DNA of 32,000 bases from Bacillus subtilis subsp. subtilis str. 168 (GTDB lineage: Bacteria > Bacillota > Bacilli > Bacillales > Bacillaceae). Under the pieces are notes generated by a model. That model saw only the letters and a program-made list of their open reading frames with translations. It made no database searches and was not told the DNA's origin. Positions 30,771-32,000 of this stretch are shown piece by piece. Position numbers and translations under genes: made by a program. Every line of letters starts with the position of its first letter. The stretch's first letter is position 1. Location of the stretch: positions 300,001 to 332,000 of the forward strand of contig NC_000964.3 in assembly GCF_000009045.1 (NCBI RefSeq). The letters run 5' to 3'.

Positions 30771-32000
30771 ATGTGGGAGCAGTTGTATGATCCGTTTGGA
30801 AACGAGTATGTGAGCGCACTTGTGGCGCTCACTCCGATTCTCTTTTTTCTTTTGGCTTTAACTGTTTTGAAAATGAAAGGCATTCTTGCGGCATTTCTTA
30901 CCCTAGCCGTCAGTTTCTTCGTCTCCGTTTGGGCATTTCATATGCCGGTTGAAAAAGCGATTTCTTCTGTTTTGTTAGGAATCGGGAGCGGGCTGTGGCC
31001 CATTGGCTACATCGTCCTGATGGCGGTGTGGCTGTATAAAATCGCCGTGAAAACCGGGAAATTTACCATTATTCGGTCCAGCATTGCCGGCATTTCGCCT
31101 GACCAACGATTACAGCTATTATTAATTGGTTTTTGTTTTAACGCGTTTTTAGAAGGCGCGGCCGGTTTTGGTGTTCCGATTGCGATTAGTGCGGCGCTGC
31201 TCGTCGAACTTGGTTTTAAACCGTTAAAAGCGGCGGCGCTCTGCTTGATTGCAAACGCTGCCTCCGGAGCCTTTGGGGCGATTGGGATTCCTGTCATCAC
31301 AGGGGCGCAGATTGGTGATTTGTCTGCTCTTGAGCTGTCTCGGACATTAATGTGGACACTGCCGATGATCTCATTTTTAATACCATTCCTGCTTGTATTC
31401 TTATTAGACCGAATGAAAGGAATCAAACAGACATGGCCCGCTCTTCTGGTTGTGAGCGGTGGGTATACAGCGGTTCAGACACTGACAATGGCGGTGCTCG
31501 GGCCGGAATTAGCAAACATTTTGGCGGCCTTATTCAGCATGGGCGGGCTTGCCCTCTTCCTCCGCAAATGGCAGCCGAAAGAGATTTACCGCGAGGAAGG
31601 GGCCGGCGATGCTGGTGAGAAAAAGGCATACCGTGCCGCTGACATTGCGAAAGCGTGGTCTCCTTTCTACATTTTAACTGCGGCGATCACCATCTGGAGC
31701 CTTCCTGCCTTCAAAGCGCTTTTCCAAGAAGGCGGGCTGTTATATCAATCAACGCTCCTGTTCAAAATGCCTTTTCTGCATCAGCAAATTATGAAAATGC
31801 CGCCGATTGCGCCATCTGCCATGCCGTTAGATGCAGTCTTTAAAGTTGATCTGCTGTCAGCGACTGGTACAGCGATTTTAGCGGCGGTCATCGTGACAGG
31901 GCTGTTCAGCAAAAAGTTCTCCTCTCGGGATGCCTTTGCTTCCTTGAAGGAGACGGGAAAAGAGCTGTGGGTGCCGATTATGACGATCTGCTTCGTGATG
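30771..32000 (+). CDS. lctP: L-lactate permease, LctP family, N-terminal 410 codons (continues beyond the window)
   Basis: ATG 30771 is 10 nt after AAAGGG. The frame is open to the window end (hand-translated for about the first 150 codons, not codon-checked beyond that). Translation [26 protein letters not shown]...[20 protein letters not shown] is typical of LctP. Confidence 0.9.

Overview
Low-GC Firmicute core chromosome. By gene order and recognisable protein and operator sequences (AmyE signal peptide, the amyO cre box, OpuA, Ldh/LctP with Rex boxes) it matches the Bacillus subtilis 168-type ycdA -> lctP region. This identification is from memory, since no search was possible. I support 29 protein-coding genes, two of them truncated by the window edges: ycdA', ycdB, ycdC, cwlK, rapJ, ycdF, ycdG, znuA/C/B (adcA/C/B), yceB, the yceCDEFGH TerD/TerC/TelA stress cluster, yceI (niaP), yceJ, yceK, opuAA/AB/AC, amhX, ycgA, ycgB, amyE, ldh and lctP'. 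I also list intrinsic terminators and several operator or promoter candidates (Zur, ECF sigma, cre/amyO, Rex). I saw no rRNA, tRNA, CRISPR array, IS element or prophage hallmark, so this is ordinary core genome rather than an island. The items most worth a second look are listed here. (1) An approximately 195-bp GC-rich, highly structured non-coding element lies between the convergent yceI and yceJ genes, bracketed by two near-identical terminator hairpins. (2) The yceC-H Ter/TelA cluster has three TerD paralogs, a large uncharacterised YceG with an internal duplication, and a TGTGA-N6-TCACA (Rex/Fnr-type) palindrome in its leader. (3) ycdB and ycdC are tandem paralogs, each built of two copies of a (novel domain + PepSY-like) unit, and ycdC converges on the cell-wall endopeptidase gene cwlK with a 7-nt gap. 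(4) yceK is a probable leaderless, autoregulated ArsR-type repressor gene. All coordinates were hand-indexed from the printed sequence. Gene symbols are recollection, not search results.
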